Source: Eledone cirrhosa (Eukaryota). From it: 64,000 nt of DNA. Both the position numbers and the translations under genes were made by a program. Position 1 is the stretch's first letter, and every line of letters starts with the position of its first letter. The notes beneath the pieces were generated by a model. It was not told the DNA's origin and did not search any database. It saw only the letters and a list, made by a program, of their open reading frames with translations. Of this stretch, positions 1 to 14,340 are shown piece after piece. The stretch is from positions 223,138,001-223,202,000 of the forward strand of contig OZ024740.1 of assembly GCA_964016885.1 (NCBI GenBank), written 5' to 3'.

Positions 1-16
1 AGAGACATCAAATGTT

Positions 17-267
17 TAACCCTATAATACTAAGTTACTTGTAACTGCCTTTGGTTCTATGATACAAAGCTGTCTATTTTGAACTATTTATATCTATCAA
101 TAAAACCTCCACTGCAATTTCATATCAGCACGCATATTAAATTATGCTCCAAGCACCAGCTCAATAATTATAAATTTGGTTATTTTACTAAGTCCTTCCA
201 ATTAATTTCAAAATTATTTGAAAATCACAGGCAGTCTTCCATTAGAAATATGGTAACAAAAGATTGA
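17..267. mobile_element. Degenerate non-autonomous DNA transposon (TTAA-CCCT ends, piggyBac-like MITE)
   Basis: Starts TTAACCCT and ends in GGTAACAAAAGATTGA, a decayed AAAGGGTTAA end. The internal TTTCAAAATTATTTGAAAA..CA.AGGCAGT recurs at about 31290-31320, where it ends in CAAAAGGGTTAA. Confidence 0.4.
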
Positions 268-934
268 TATTAGAGATATCCCTGTTCAATAAACATTTTT
301 TATATTTTATAACATATAAATGAAACTGTTCCATGGGTTATATCACCAATTTTATATCATGGATGATTAATAATTGTAACATAAAGTCATATAATTTACC
401 AATACCTTGTAATACCTCAAGGAATTTTTTTTGTATTTAAATCATTTTTTACTGTTGATAGAGTATTGATGTATTTTATATTATTAAATGAAATGAAGCT
501 GCATTACACATCAATAAGCAGTTACCAGCCATAGATTTGATAACTATGTAATGAATGAAAAAAATTAAACTAGTTCTGGCTGTGACTCAAATGACCAGTT
601 AAGCCATAGGTGAATATGTCAATGCTGCATGTTTGGATAAATTGTTTCAGGTTTAAATCCCTTGGTTCTTGTGAATGTTGCTCCAGAATCAATAAAGTAT
701 GATGTAGATATTCCAACAGCCTTTATTTGAAATATAAATTCACCACACTTCTTGAAGCAAAAAGGAATATTTTGTTTTGTGGTGGTGATATGATAAAATA
801 AACCCAGTACAAACACACAAACACTCATACATAAATGCATCTCATGCACATTATTAAGTGGCCAACAATTGGAGACAACACAGGCATAGAAGAGCTTTTT
901 AGTCTTGTCAGGAACTTGACAACCTCTCTAGTTT

Positions 935-1562
935 TGGTATCCTAATCGGCGTTTCCCTGAGGCTCGGCCTCCGGATCTGCCAGCCACACCAATGTCACTG
1001 CGGTTCCACCGTGGACTCTTTTGGCCTCCACCTGCTTTCCTGTCGCAACAGTGCCAACCGCATTCCACACCATGCTGCCCTCAACGAGGTCATTAAGCAT
1101 GGCTTGGACACTGCAGGCTTCCCTTCCCAGCTTGAGCCGGTGGGGCTAGATCGAGGGGACAGCAAAAGGCCAGATAGCATGACCATCTTCCCATTCCGTG
1201 GTGGCAAACCCCTCGTCTGGCATGCCAATTGCACCAACACTTTCTGCAGCCACAACTTGGTGCAGTCTGTGACTGAACCAGGTTCTGCGGCACGTTGGGC
1301 TCACGGGGTCAAACTCCACAAATACCGGTCGCTCTCTGACAGGTTTGCAGTCGTACTCCTGGCAGTGGAGACTTCTGGTGTCCTCGGCCCCAGGGCTACC
1401 TCCTTACTCACCACCATAAGCGCTGAGCTGGCCAGCCGCAGGTGTGAGCCCCATGAGTTGGAGTGGCTTTTCCAGCGCGTCTCCCTTGCCGCCCTCCTGG
1501 GAAATGCCTTCTCCATTCTGTCCGCCGGGGTTGTGGGTGGGCCCCATCACGTACCGTTCTAG
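935..1562 (+). mobile_element. 3' fragment of a CRE-type non-LTR retrotransposon (zinc knuckle plus restriction-like endonuclease), inactive
   Basis: Translation gives LRLGLRICQPHQCHCG..DSFGLHLLSC..H.ALNEVI..LEP.GL.RGD.KRPD..KPLVW..K..KY..AVETSG..QRVSLA..GNA. This is the CCHC plus RPD/D..K..KY REL signature, with catalytic positions altered (WHANC where WD.TC is expected). GC-rich relative to the flanks. Confidence 0.8.
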
Positions 1563-3537
1563 TTGTTGTAGAAGAAACAGGAAGACAACAACTGGAAAGT
1601 TTGATTTTCTACTTTACCATTTAATGTGAGAAGTAGTAGTACTAGTAGCTTTATTAGAGATATGGAATAAAGAAACAAATGAATTAATATATAAATAAAA
1701 GAGGTTGTTGTTATGAAGAGCATTTAATCATGGAAACTATGTAGAAGAATCTATTCACTTAGGAGGCTGCACCTCCAAATGAGAACTAATACACACTAAT
1801 CAATCGGTCCAACCCATGCCTGCATATAAAGCAGATATCAAATGATGATGACAGATTTTGCTTTTCCAGATAACTTACTACAATTGCTCTTCACATCTAC
1901 TGGATGTGTAATGAATGACTCAGCACATATAAGCCAAGAAAATAAATTGGGTATATGGGGGATCAGATGTAATGAAGAAGAGAGAAGTCTGTACTGATTT
2001 AGTTATTTATTAAAGAAATTCCAAGTGATGTAAGAGGAAATTATCAAAGAGAAAGACTGAAGGAAGTATGGTTGGAAGTGAAGAAAGCTGATCTCAAGTT
2101 GCTTAATCTCTCAGAGATGATGAGTGACTGCAAGCATAGAAAATAGCCCATGCAAGCATAGAAAATAGAAAATGATGACAATGTTGGTGAAACATGAAAG
2201 ACATCATAAAATCTGTCTTGGTTAATTCACCATGCAAATTTAATCTAGCTGTGCTTGATGGAATAAGAAATACATGTTTATATTTTGCTGCGATCATAAA
2301 ATATTCTTAAAAGCTTCTCCATAATTGCTATAAGCTTATAGGCAAAGTCAATAATGTGTCATATATAATAAATTATATTTTCGTTTCAGAGGTGAAAATA
2401 ATAATTGAAATTTTACTAGTTTCATCTTAACTAAATTACTTGACAGTAAATCCGTTTGAAATGTGCCAAAATATAACTTTACAAATTTAACTAAACTATT
2501 CCATGAATGAACAACAATGAAATCTCATGTCAAAATTAATTTCAGAATCAGCACTGATAATCTTGGAACAAAACTAGAAAGTTGACTTAATTTTTATATG
2601 AATCAACTAAGTTTTAGTTTTGTGATGTAAAAGACAAACCCATTTTTGGAATTACTTTGAATTTTAACTCTTAACAATCCAGTTATGATTTAGCAGAATA
2701 TGTCCTAAAATGGTTTTGTAAATTTATATCTTCACTGGTGGACTGACCACTGAAAATATATAGTGGTCAACTTAATTGTTAATGTGATGGAGTTATAGTG
2801 CTGTTTGTACTTTACAAAAATGTCACCCTATTGTAGTTGCATACAGAATATGATGTTAAAAGTTAAGTTGTTATACTTAGTGACTTTAATGTTTTCATCA
2901 TTATTTGTATAATTTTATTTGTATTCTTTTAAGTTTGGAAAAGAGAGTAAATTTTGTGAAGAATGTTTTGAAACAGCGAGCGAGTTTGAAATTAGAAATA
3001 GAAGTTTTCGCCATATGTTTGACGAAATAAATTTTTCAGCCTGATAGTGGGGTTGAGAACTCTCAAAGAAATGGTAAAGGATGAGTATTGACGCACATGA
3101 GAGACTCACATTTTTCCATTTCTTTGAGGGACTAAAAAATTTCTTTAGTAAAAAATATGACAAATGCTTCTATTTCTAATTTAAATAGAATAGCATTTAA
3201 ACATTTTTTTTTTCAAAACTACCATCACCATCATTGGTGTTTTGATGTTCAACTGTCAATGCTGGGAAAACATAGACAGGATGCTTTGAAGTATTTTTGT
3301 ATAGACAGATGCCTTTCTGACAACAACCTTTTCTGTTGTACATCATTAATTGCTGGCCTTGTGCCAAAAGTAGAAACAATTATATCAGGGACACACACTA
3401 TCCATGAATAATTTATTTTGTTTTAATCAAAATTATTAAGGAACGACATTTCAAATGTAATTTTGTGGTCTTTTTTTTAGAGAATAAAAGATATTTATTT
3501 TCATAACTGAAATTGGTTCTAAAATTACTGGTATTAT

Positions 3538-3655
3538 GTTCAAATCCCGCCGAGGTTAACTTTGCCTTTCATCCTTACGGGGTCGATAAAATAAAGTACC
3601 AGTAATACACTGGGATTATTGCTGGCCTTGTGCCAAAAAGTAGAAACAATTATTT
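3538..3655 (+). mobile_element. Nin/Deu-domain SINE fragment
   Basis: B-box-like GTTCAAATCC followed by GCCTTTCATCCTTACGGGGTCGATAAAATAAAGTACCAG; near-identical to 58750-58865. Confidence 0.7.
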
Positions 3656-4994
3656 TACGTACAGCAGAAGAATTAAAGGCTCAATCAACATTATCATTGA
3701 ATCAAATATAAAATGTGAAGTCCTAAATTTTGCATATTTCCTAATTGAAATTTTAATCAAACATATTTTAAATGTCTTAATAAGAATAGACATTAGAAAA
3801 TTAAAATGTTCTAATGATTTCTTGATATTTTCATGAAAAAAATAAATTATGTAAAATTAATGATTATTACCATCTGAAATATCATAACATTTTTTTTTTA
3901 CAATAATTTCCTCTTATACAAATCTTATCTTTATATAACTATTTAAATGTGGCTTAATGTAAAGAGAAATCCAGTAAAGAACACACAATCTTGACATTCA
4001 ATTATCTCAAGGGAAAAAGGATATCTTACGTTTATTAGAAGTATATCACATTTCTTTCGTTTCAATTTATATTGTGTTACTTTATACATTTAAGAAATTA
4101 AAATTTAATTCTAAATAGGAAAATATAAATGAGTATTTTCTGTTTGAAAATAGTATACTTTTATCTCAAATTAAGAGTGGTTTCGAATGGATTCTCAGAA
4201 AAATTTTGATGAGAGGAAAATCTTTTAAATAGTTGTTAGGAGTATATTCCACTCATAAATTTCAAGTTGCTTTCCTTTTATTAAATGTACTTCGATGGAT
4301 CATTGCAACATATAATTGCTTATTGCAAATACCAATGAGAACCTTAAATACTAAGAAAGTAGAGAAGATGAGGAAGAATTAGAGATAAGAGGGAGATAAA
4401 ATACATGAAATATATTTAATTTCAGAAATATATATTCAAGACATGATTGACTATATATAATAAATTAATATAAAGATTGAAGTGACTGTTTTTATTGTCT
4501 CTTGATAAATTGAAGACCAATTATATTTAGCAAGGTAGCATAGCAATTGTTAAGTGATGTTATCAATTATCTTGTAAACACTTAGGTAAAAAACAATACT
4601 GCATTAGTAGCTTCATTTAATGTGTAGACATTCCTGTGTGGTTAAGAAGTTTACACAGCAAACCTGCAGTTCCATGCTTGATCTCATTCTTTGGCATTTT
4701 GAGCAAGAGATCTTTGTCAAAACTTATAAAATAAACCAAATCTCTTGTGTTTCCATAGTTTACACAGCATATACTGTAGGAATTTCTGCATCTAGGTCTA
4801 GCTCTTAGATCTAATGGTTCTGCTAACTGTATCATTTTATTCCCATATCACCTGCTACTCCAACAACAGATCTGGTCTGTGGCTCACAGCAGGTTGTCAG
4901 GAGAAAAACATAGTATTCACAATAATTTGTTTATCCCTTTACTGGTGGATACAAAGTTTATCTGGCTGATGTTTTCGTATGTGTGATAGGTCTT

Positions 4995-7130
4995 TATTTT
5001 ATCGAGTTGATACACCACACCCATCCAGTGTAGCACACAGAGCCTTGCCTGGGGTGTTAATGATTTAAGGTCGATAAGTGTGCATGAATCTTCAGTATTG
5101 GGGCAAACTAGAAGGTGCTCCATGGTTTGTAATAGGCTACATTAGCAGTTAGAGTCATCATCAGTGGTATATCCCCCATTTCTGAAGATTGGATCTACAG
5201 AGACAACAGATGTTTAGAGGCAATTCAGGCAGGACCAGAAGGGCCAGGCATCACCAGAGCTGGTGGGGAGAGATTCTGTAGGGCTGAGAGAGAGCCTGTG
5301 CTCCACGTTGTTAAGGTGACTGCACCACAGAGACAGGTGTCAACTAGAAGCTCTGTTGTTCATTAGTTCAACTGAACATGAAAAGCTGGGTCTTGACTTC
5401 AGCCTATTTGTCGTTGGTTCACAGTCATGGAGTGGACGACGTGGGTCAGTTTCCTGCTTCAACTTTTCAAGCTGGGAGTGGACTGTCCTTCTGATGTGAG
5501 GGGGAGTAATGCCGCTAAACAAGTAAAAGTCATCTGCTTCGGTTGGCTTGAGACACACAGTGATTGATCTGCAAGAGGCATTTAGGGCAGGGTTGATTTT
5601 CTTTGCATGTGATGATCTGCTCCACACTTGCAAGACATATTCTTCTGTGGAGTTGCAAAGGGCTAGGGCTGTGGTGCAGATTGTACTGGCATTGGCATAC
5701 CATTTGGTGTTAGCCAGCTTCTTTAGGGTGTTGTTTCTTTATTTGACCTTGGCTTTAGTCTTTGCAATATGGTCCTTGTATGTAAGGGACCAGTCCACAG
5801 TAACCACAACGTAAATAAATAAGCACTGACTTGGGTCTTGTCAGGGTTGGCTCGAAGGGGGTTGACAGTATAGGATAAGGCTGCCCAGATTGCTTCTGGA
5901 ATACAATGGAGAGATCATCTGCATAAAGGAAGTTCTTAGTATTTGGCTAATCATTTGTATAAATATTGAAGAGGAGGGGAAGAAACATGCTACCTTGGGG
6001 GAGGCCATTCTTCTGTGACCGCCATCAGCTGCATTTATTGCTGAGGTCTACAAAGAATCATCTGTTGACAACATCTTCCTGACTAGAAGAGTAAGCTTCA
6101 AGTACCCAGTCATCTCAAACAGCTTCTCCATGAGTACCCTGATGTTGACATTGTCATATGCTGCAGAGAGGTCAACAAATGCAGCACCTGAGATCTCACC
6201 TTTCTCAAATGTATCTTTAATTAATTGTATCAGGTTCAGGATATAACTAGTGCAAGACTTTCCAGGTCTGAAACCTGCCTATTCTGGAATGAGCTTAGCA
6301 TTTATGACCAGAGCTAGACGGTTTAAGGTGAGGCATTCTAAGTGCTTGTAGGTGTGGCAGAAGAGGGAGCATGGCCTGTAACACTTGGGGCTGACTGGAT
6401 CTTTACTAGGCTTCAGTAATGCTATTACTTTAGTTTTTCCTCATAACTTTTCTGCATATTGTGCCTCTTCCTCCGCCTGCCCTCCATGATAGTGTTAGTC
6501 AGAGTATCCCTGCATTCCAAGGTTTTAGTACCAATGGGGCCATCTTCAAAGTGAAGGGTATACTCTTCATAAAGCTCCTTTGCATCGCTGGAGAGTCCAT
6601 GGATGTAGTTAGTGCAACATCCTCGAGGAATATTCTTGCTTGAGGAAACCTTGAGCAACTCAATGAAAGCATCATAGTTGTTGGGGATAGCAATGGATGA
6701 GCCAAGGTCATCTTCAAAGCTCCTCCTATCAGCCATCTTCAGTTTGAAGAACTGCCTGAAGGGAGCAGTGTGAGGTGAGATGAGAGCATTTATCTTAAGT
6801 CCAATAGGTCAATGTTGGGTATGAGGAATTGGGTCTAGCATAAACTTCTCACTATGATTTGCAATGGTTGTTGAGGCAAAGATAAAGTCATGGTTGTAAC
6901 CCCTTCTTCACCTTGAGATGCTTCAGGATAGAGGTACCTTTGCATCATTAATGAGTAACAATTGATTTGTGTCAGCCCAGTCCACTAGGAGATTGCCATC
7001 TTCGTTAATTTCAGCATAATCCCAGGTGATAATGTGGCTGTTAAAGTCACCTATGACTATGTTGATGCAGCCATTGGTTACATTAGGCTGATAGGTAATC
7101 AGGTGTGTTACCTTGCAATGAAATTTGAGT
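4995..7130 (-). mobile_element. Vingi/Ingi-like LINE relic (APE plus RT plus C-terminal domain), many stops and frameshifts
   Basis: Minus-strand peptides: IVIGDFNSH..W.Y...NEDG..LVDWAD (APE); KPSKDPVSPKCYRP; AGFRPGKSCT; AAFVDLSAAYD; NGLPQGS; VWSRSSHAKKINPALNASCRSIT.CLKPT..SGITPPHIRR; HLLVCP. These motifs are typical of the Vingi/Ingi clade. Confidence 0.8.
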
Positions 7131-8569
7131 TGCAAATGGTTTGGATATTTGCATCAAAGAACTTTTACAATACTCCTACTTACCATGAACATGGGTGCAG
7201 CAATCATAATTTCTACACTTCAACATCTCTACAATCTTTCTAGATCTATCACTGGTCATGGCACTGTTGATGCTGGCAACTGTGATCTTTATGCCTTACA
7301 AAAAGAGATAGCTTCCCTGTGGCAGGTGGATTGTTGCACAATTACTGCTTTCTACATATGAAATATAGTTGGTGCAACAATCATGCACTGAACTAACATG
7401 ATATATCTTGATCTTATGTGGACAAATTAGTGTTTTAATTGTATATATATTGATAATGATTTAGCATGTTTTTATAGTTTATGTGCTCTTCTTATCATCA
7501 ATTACATTACGTCATGGATAGGGCACATTTCATCATATTACTAGCACTAGAGAAGCATTTTGCCAGGATTATAGTGTTCTCTCAACACTGTGTCAGTTAT
7601 TGCTAATCTTTATTTTCCTAGACAGATTACATCATCATCATCACCGTTTAATGTCCATCTTCCACGCTAGCATGGCAGAGCCCATATCTCACAAGTGTAG
7701 AATTTTCAGAGTTATTGATTTCCCAGTTATGTCACCTGCAATACGTCTCACATCTCCCTATAATTCTACTATGGGTGTAGCATACACACTGTATGGAGGT
7801 ATAAGAAAAGGAAGGTAGGCTTAGTGTAAGTTAGGGTTAGGGTAGGGAAAACTTCTGATAGATGTGTAGTCACAATGGCACATAATACCTTTTAGCATGA
7901 GTCAATATATGCAAACATCAACATAAATGTGATATTTAAGAGACTTGAAACTAAAGAGTAAAGTTTCATGACAAATATAAAGAACAATGACTATTGTAGC
8001 ATTTGATCAATTAGTATCACAGACTTCCTGACTTGTAATTAATTTCTAAACAGTATAGCATTTCAAAACCACCTTGTTGACTTTTCTTTATAATGCCTAT
8101 CATTTTATAATTTAATCCACATTAAGGTAATAATTGTAATTTTCAAGAAACCATTATCTGTCTGAAATTCTTTAAAATAGTTACCAAACAAATGGTTTTG
8201 CAAATTGAATGACATTACACATTAAAAGATGGAAACTACAAAATATTTTGTTTTCAATGTTGTCTGATTATTTTAGTATCCTTAGATTATTATCCACAAC
8301 ATTGCATTAAATTTGATCTGTTATTTTGTTTTATTTGAATTTTATATCACAATAGCCGTGCTGGTTACAGGTTTCTAATGCACTAATTGCTGGTTCTTAG
8401 CATTACTGATGGCGAAAACAATAATGCTGGGTTCATAACCCTGGTGGATAACAATCAAAGCTCACTGATTTTTTGACAATGCTTACATCCTTCACTAATA
8501 TACTTCAAACGATATAAGCACACACACACACACACATATTATTTATGTATGTCCATACACGGAACAAAA

Positions 8570-9135
8570 AAGCTACCTAAGCTTTCAGGAATGAATGTTT
8601 AGCTTTTCCAGACAGTCCTCATTGGGACAGACGTTAACTGAACATTTGCTCCAAAAGAACACAGTAGTCCTAAAAATAATTCATGTACAAAATAAAATGG
8701 ATCCTCTGAGTGAAAGAGTAATCCTATTGGAAAATCTATCACCATACGTGGTGCAGTTAAAAAACAGCAGGGGAAGAGTGGAAACTATATCGACAAGAGA
8801 TATCACTTCTCTAACAACTTATCATCAAATGCAATTAATAGTAGAGAAAAATTCAGATAGGTTTGGAAACCAACAACATGAAGACCTCTCCGTCAATAAT
8901 CCCAAGGTCTCTAAAGATTTTATTTCAGAAAACAACGCATCACTTACTACCAAACTACCAGATGACATTGATCTGCACATGTTAAAGGAAGAAATTAGTT
9001 CAGAAACAAACAAATTTAAATCAATTCTAGGCTCATTTGCACTCCTTCTGGTCGAATTAATAAACATCCTAAGAGAGTTGATTTGTGATTGACATACTAC
9101 ATGTAGAACTTTCTTGGAATGAGGGGAAAATGTTA
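8570..9135 (+). mobile_element. Ty3/Gypsy integrase C-terminal remnant with candidate polypurine tract
   Basis: ORF 8595-9092 reads MFSFSRQSS.G....VVLK.HVQNK.DPLSERV.LLE....Y......GRVETISTRDI, resembling the Gypsy IN tail (ER.FS..R.S..G..LP.WL...V.L..HVR..K.DPLVE.V.LLE...GRE.TVS.R.LAP). It is followed by GAGGGGAAAA-TGTT at 9121-9134. Confidence 0.55.
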
Positions 9136-11539
9136 TGAAATTTGTTTTAATCAACTCATCAGTTACCGCCATGTTAATTGGTGCAGACTACATAAGTTAC
9201 AGGTGAACCAGCAACATTAATTGCAAGTGGTTATAATTTTCTATTGTGAATTAGTCGTGCTCAGTATGAACAGTGGCACCTGATATTCAAGGAAAGTTAA
9301 ATATACAAGTTTTCTTAGAGTATAGTATATGTTTGGATGTAATTTTACATCTACCAGATTCTAACCCCTGTGACAATAATGAAGTCACTTCCATTGGTGC
9401 TGAGTGTAGATATAAGATACTACTGCAATGGATACTTCGCATAAAATATATGCCTTTCCATAAAATGTTTGTAGCTCATGGTTATAGGGTCTACACTCAA
9501 TTTCATCCCTTTTGTGATTGATAATAAGGGAAGAATAGACTGCATCATAAGATGTTGTTTAAAAGTGATTTTAATCAACCCTAGTTCAATGCTGATCAAG
9601 TTAACTGAAAATCGTAGGTATACTAGCCATGACAATTCTATCTTTTTTAGTGTATGTAGGACTTATTGCATTATACAATGTGTTCTTTCTATTTATAAGA
9701 TAGTAGGCTGTGATCTGAAGGAGATTGTGTTACTATATTTTTCATAGTTTCAGCAACCACATATTGGCTACTTCATTGGCTTGCAAAGTGGTGTGCAAAA
9801 CAACAATTATACAACTCTCGGATAACTAACCCAATGTTTGATTGCCATCTGACATGGATGTGTAGATAAGAAGTTCAATTTATAACCACAAGATTCTGGG
9901 TTCAACCCATTCCAATTCATTGCAGTGACTTCTACACCAACTTAAGGTTGTCTAATAACTTGAGAGTCAATTTGGTTGGTGGAAAGTGTGAGATGTTTAT
10001 TGTATATACACATAGGTGCCAACACCATAAGCAAGTAGTGACATTTCTTTATGTCCCAAATCAACCAGCAGTATATACTATATCTAATGTATGTGTTGAC
10101 ATCAGAAAACTTTATAGAAAAACTGCCTTTAAAAAACGTATTGAACACATGTCGGCATGGAAAAGCAGAAGTGAAAATGAAGATGCTTCATTTTCGCACT
10201 CATATACGTACTTCAGATATGTAATACTGATTCAGATTCTGGGATAAATTCTTTAGAATTGCTATAAATATGTCATAATGTCACCTAAGCTCATCTGATT
10301 TTAACTTTCTTCACTGGTTAATGTGCACTTTTACTGAGCAGTAATGTGACTAGAGGATGTGAGAAGGGTAGTCTACCTTGGTGGATTTTTTGATTTACTG
10401 CAATGAACAAAAATGTGTCTGTGTCTATGTGTATGCGCATGTGTTAGTGTGAAAGAGGAATTATGACTGCCCGAGAAACCCAAATTATAACTGCATAACT
10501 CGCTCTGGACAATAACAAAACATCGAAAGAGAAAGTCGATCTGGCTCAAGTGGCACAAGTTTTAAATATGATACTTGCTCTGAAATGAAGTTCTGCTGTC
10601 TCAAGCATTTAATCTCACTTTAAAGATTTCCCATCTTCCATACTATATGATTTCAATAAGATCTTTTAGATTTCCAATTTATGATCAATTCTAGTTGGTT
10701 TAGCTCAGTGTCTGTCTTCATGGAAGTAGATTTATTGTGTATTTGCTTAGATTCAATAATACTAAAACTTCTCATCTTCTTTGGCACAACACAACAATGA
10801 ATAAAGTGGTAAATCTCTCTAATATTCTATGAAAGAATATTAAAGACATACAATCCTTATAAATTAAACCATAGATTAATTATAATTGCAATAAGTAAGG
10901 TAGCATTGTCATGGTTGTTAATATCTTTATTAGCATCATCATTTAGGCAATGATAAATGTAGCTAGCCTATTAACTGCTTAAGATTATATACAATTCATT
11001 TCAAAATATAAAAGAAGCATTCATTTTGTACAATGTCCTTATTTGATCATCTTACCTTGAATCAAGTGCGACAATGTAGAATAATGAGTATATTTTAGTG
11101 TTGTGTGATACACAGCAGCTTCACCAGTAGGCTGCTATAATAAAATGCACTCTATAGGTACTCTAAATTAGTCAGAGTCCAAGTAGAGATAGCTTAGTGT
11201 CAAGTAAATTATTCAGTGCTGGGTTCACAATAAAATGTATCCAGTACAGACAGTGAATTCATGAACATTAGATACAGCATCCAGTTGTGGAAATAGTGCC
11301 AGAATGGAATTTATGAGCAAAATGTGGTCCTCTGACCAATTTAATGGGATGTAACTCTAAAAAGAACAGAATTGAACTGCAAAGACCTGTTCAATTCATG
11401 TCAGCATGGAAAAAAGATATAAAATAATGATAATTTAATCAGAAGTGTTATTATGACAAGGGAAATGCCCTACAGAAAATATCTCAGCTCCTTGCATTCT
11501 GAGTTGAAACCCTGTAGATTTTAACATTGCTATCCTGGT

Positions 11540-11830
11540 TTTGATAAAGGAAAACTCTAGAGAAGTGAGCAGGTAGATTGTTCGGAGTGTCAGATAGGAT
11601 GCCTTGTAGCATGCATTCTGATTTTTACATTCTGAATTCAACTTCTGCCATAGCTTAGTTGGGTGGGAGACATAATTGGTCATTCAGATTAACACTATCA
11701 TCTAAGACACCTTTAGCAGAATCTAATGTAGCAAGTATTTGGGTTAAGTCACCCAGTTTGAAAATATCTTCCTCCTACTCATTGTTAAGTTCCCGAGAAG
11801 GGTCTTGGGCACTCTCAAGTCTTCTGACTA
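11540..11830 (-). mobile_element. Highly degenerate LINE-like fragment (L2/Crack-like), related to 60290-60650
   Basis: Shares the exact 16-mer AAGGGTCTTGGGCACT with about 60629-60645; weak peptide similarity to a LINE RT C-terminus. Confidence 0.25.
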
Positions 11831-13059
11831 AGTGATAATTAAAACAAATTAGTATTGTTCAAAATAGTTATTCACTTCCTATGCTTTATAGAAAGTAATA
11901 AAGATTGCATTTAAATTTCCTGTAAAGGATACATCTTTCTAAGCATCATATAAATCTCTGATATTAATGATAATGTTATTAATGTCAAATATTGCATTTG
12001 ATAACAAATTCTGTTTGATAGTTCTATATGTTTTAGGATATTATAATCCACATCTTTTTTAATAAGAATAATAGGTGCTACATCACAACAAATGATGAAA
12101 TTACTACATCTACAAGTGACTAAATTATACAAACACTACATATATAAAACATTTGTAAGTTTAAGCTGCAGAACAATATATAGAAAATATATTCTGTATG
12201 TATAAAATGGCTTGAATTAGTTATTAGATGTGTTAAGCAAAAGAAATGAAGGGAATTTCTTGGTGAGAATTGAAAATATGAAATAAAATAAAATAAAATC
12301 CACCAACAAAGTCCTTGGAATATATTCAAACCATGAATATGCTGTATGTATTGAAAATGTTCTCATTCAAATTCATTGATGCTTTTCTTAAAACTCATTA
12401 AAGCATCTATATTTTTGTTTTTGGCTTTTAGACATTAAAATTCATATTTCTATACATAAATAGATTTCATATATTAATGTATTAGTTTTTAAAACCTGCT
12501 TTCATTTCATGTATATTTACTATGAAGTGCGTTATATGTTTTAAGTAGATTTCTTTTATAAAGTTCTGTTTACAAAGCACATTTAGAAATATGAATTTCT
12601 AATCGTTGGAATAAATGAAGGAAAATGACATATTTTGTGCTTGTTTACAATTTTCAGTAAAATAAGCTGAGTTTTACATACAAGTAAGAACAGAAACGAA
12701 GCCTAAGAATAATTCTTTGAAAAAGTACCTTCAATACCAAGGAAGATAGTATGCACATATATACATACATACAATATATACATTCAATACATACGTCAAA
12801 ATATATTTACTTAGACATTCAAATATAATAGTGTGACAACATAAGAGAATATGGAGCAGGCAGAGCTTATTGTTTATAGAATCGTTAAAAAGTAAAACAA
12901 TGCTTTGGGGTATTTGTTGTGATATTCTGCACTGAGTTCAGATCCCAGCTTTCATCTTCCATGTTTTATAGTTAAAAGTACCAATCAACAGTGGTGGCTT
13001 GGCAGAATTATTAGTGTGCATGATAAGATGCCTTGAAAGTATTTGCTCCAATACAATTT

Positions 13060-14030
13060 CAGCTGTTATACCTGCTAATGCAAAAAATCAGAGCTAATTG
13101 AAAAAGTGAAAGAACTATTTCTATAAGAACCTCTTGAAAACCACCATAATATCAAATGACAGTGAATTCATTATCTTTGCTGGCAGCTTCAATGGACATG
13201 TTGCGCAGTACCAAGATAGTTACTCTGTAATATACAATAGCTAAGCTATGGCTCAAGGATTGGAGGCTTCTAGAGATTTGTGACACAAACGATCTAACGA
13301 TCTGCTACAATAACTTCAGGAAACTGACCTGCCATTTGATCACCTATTAATAAAATAAACATGAAAGCCATACTGACATCATACTCATTAGAAAAGGGGC
13401 ATAGGTGGTAGGTAATATGGTTTCGGATTTAGGCACAAAGCCAACCAATTTTGAGGGAAGGGGAAAGTAGATTAAATCGACCTCATCTTACTGGAACTTT
13501 ATTTTATTGACCCCATAAGGATGAATAACAAAGTTAATCTCAGTGGGATTTCAACTCAGAACGTAAAGGGATGTAACTATGTCACGAAGCATGGTATCTG
13601 ACACTCTACCAATACTGCCAATCCACCACCATATGGTAAGTAATAGCAAGCTAGATCCCTAAAAGCTAAAATACAGGCCTAAAAAGATTGGACGAAAGAA
13701 GGTAGCAACAAACGACACCGAGTAGCTAAAAGACAAAATATAGATTAAGACTACATAGTCCAGAGAAGCTGAATGCAAGTAGTTTTCCAATATTCGACAC
13801 TAAGTGAATCAGAGATGTGTGAGGTTTTCCATATTGCAAAACAGGGCAAACCTAGGTTTTGGGGGAAAAGTGTGTTCAGAATAACATCAGTGTATTTAGC
13901 CACCGTGACACTCAAAAGAAAAAAGCTTGGAAGTGTTATTAACTATTGAGAGATTGCTAACTATAGAGAATGAATTAGAAAAGAGACTAAATCTGGTAGA
14001 ACTAACAGAGGGCCCAGCATTTAGAGTCAA
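13060..14030 (+). mobile_element. Old RTE LINE fragment (APE to linker) interrupted by a SINE
   Basis: Decayed homology to 39130-40210 (AG.FNGHV, RLLE.CD, LTIC..NFRK, AWKC.YERL.N.ENE, LTEGPA). Confidence 0.65.
13415..13630 (-). mobile_element. Nin/Deu-domain SINE
   Basis: Reverse complement of the 3538-3655 family (TTTATTTTATTGACCCCATAAGGATGAA..AAAGTT..CTCAG.GGGATTT.AACTC) with a tRNA-like head toward 13630. Confidence 0.65.
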
Positions 14031-14292
14031 CCCTTGCCTAATAAATACAAATATGAAAAGAAAATTCATAATGTTGTGGCATAAAGATCAGAAAATTACA
14101 AATTGGGAAATATAATTACTAGGTGGTATGAGTGCAGAAAAGTTACAAATGTTTGAGTTTGAGTCCATAAAATATTTGTCACTCATTATATCTGAACAGT
14201 AGTACTAATATATTTAATTCTTAGTTAGTCTAGCTATCCTTAGTGTAAATCACCAATGTGGTATTAGTAGTTCAGTACTGAAAACAATGAGC

Positions 14293-14340
<48 letters not shown>

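Noticed and set aside
7832-7847. TTAGGG repeats
   Set aside because: Only two units, too short to call an interstitial telomere.
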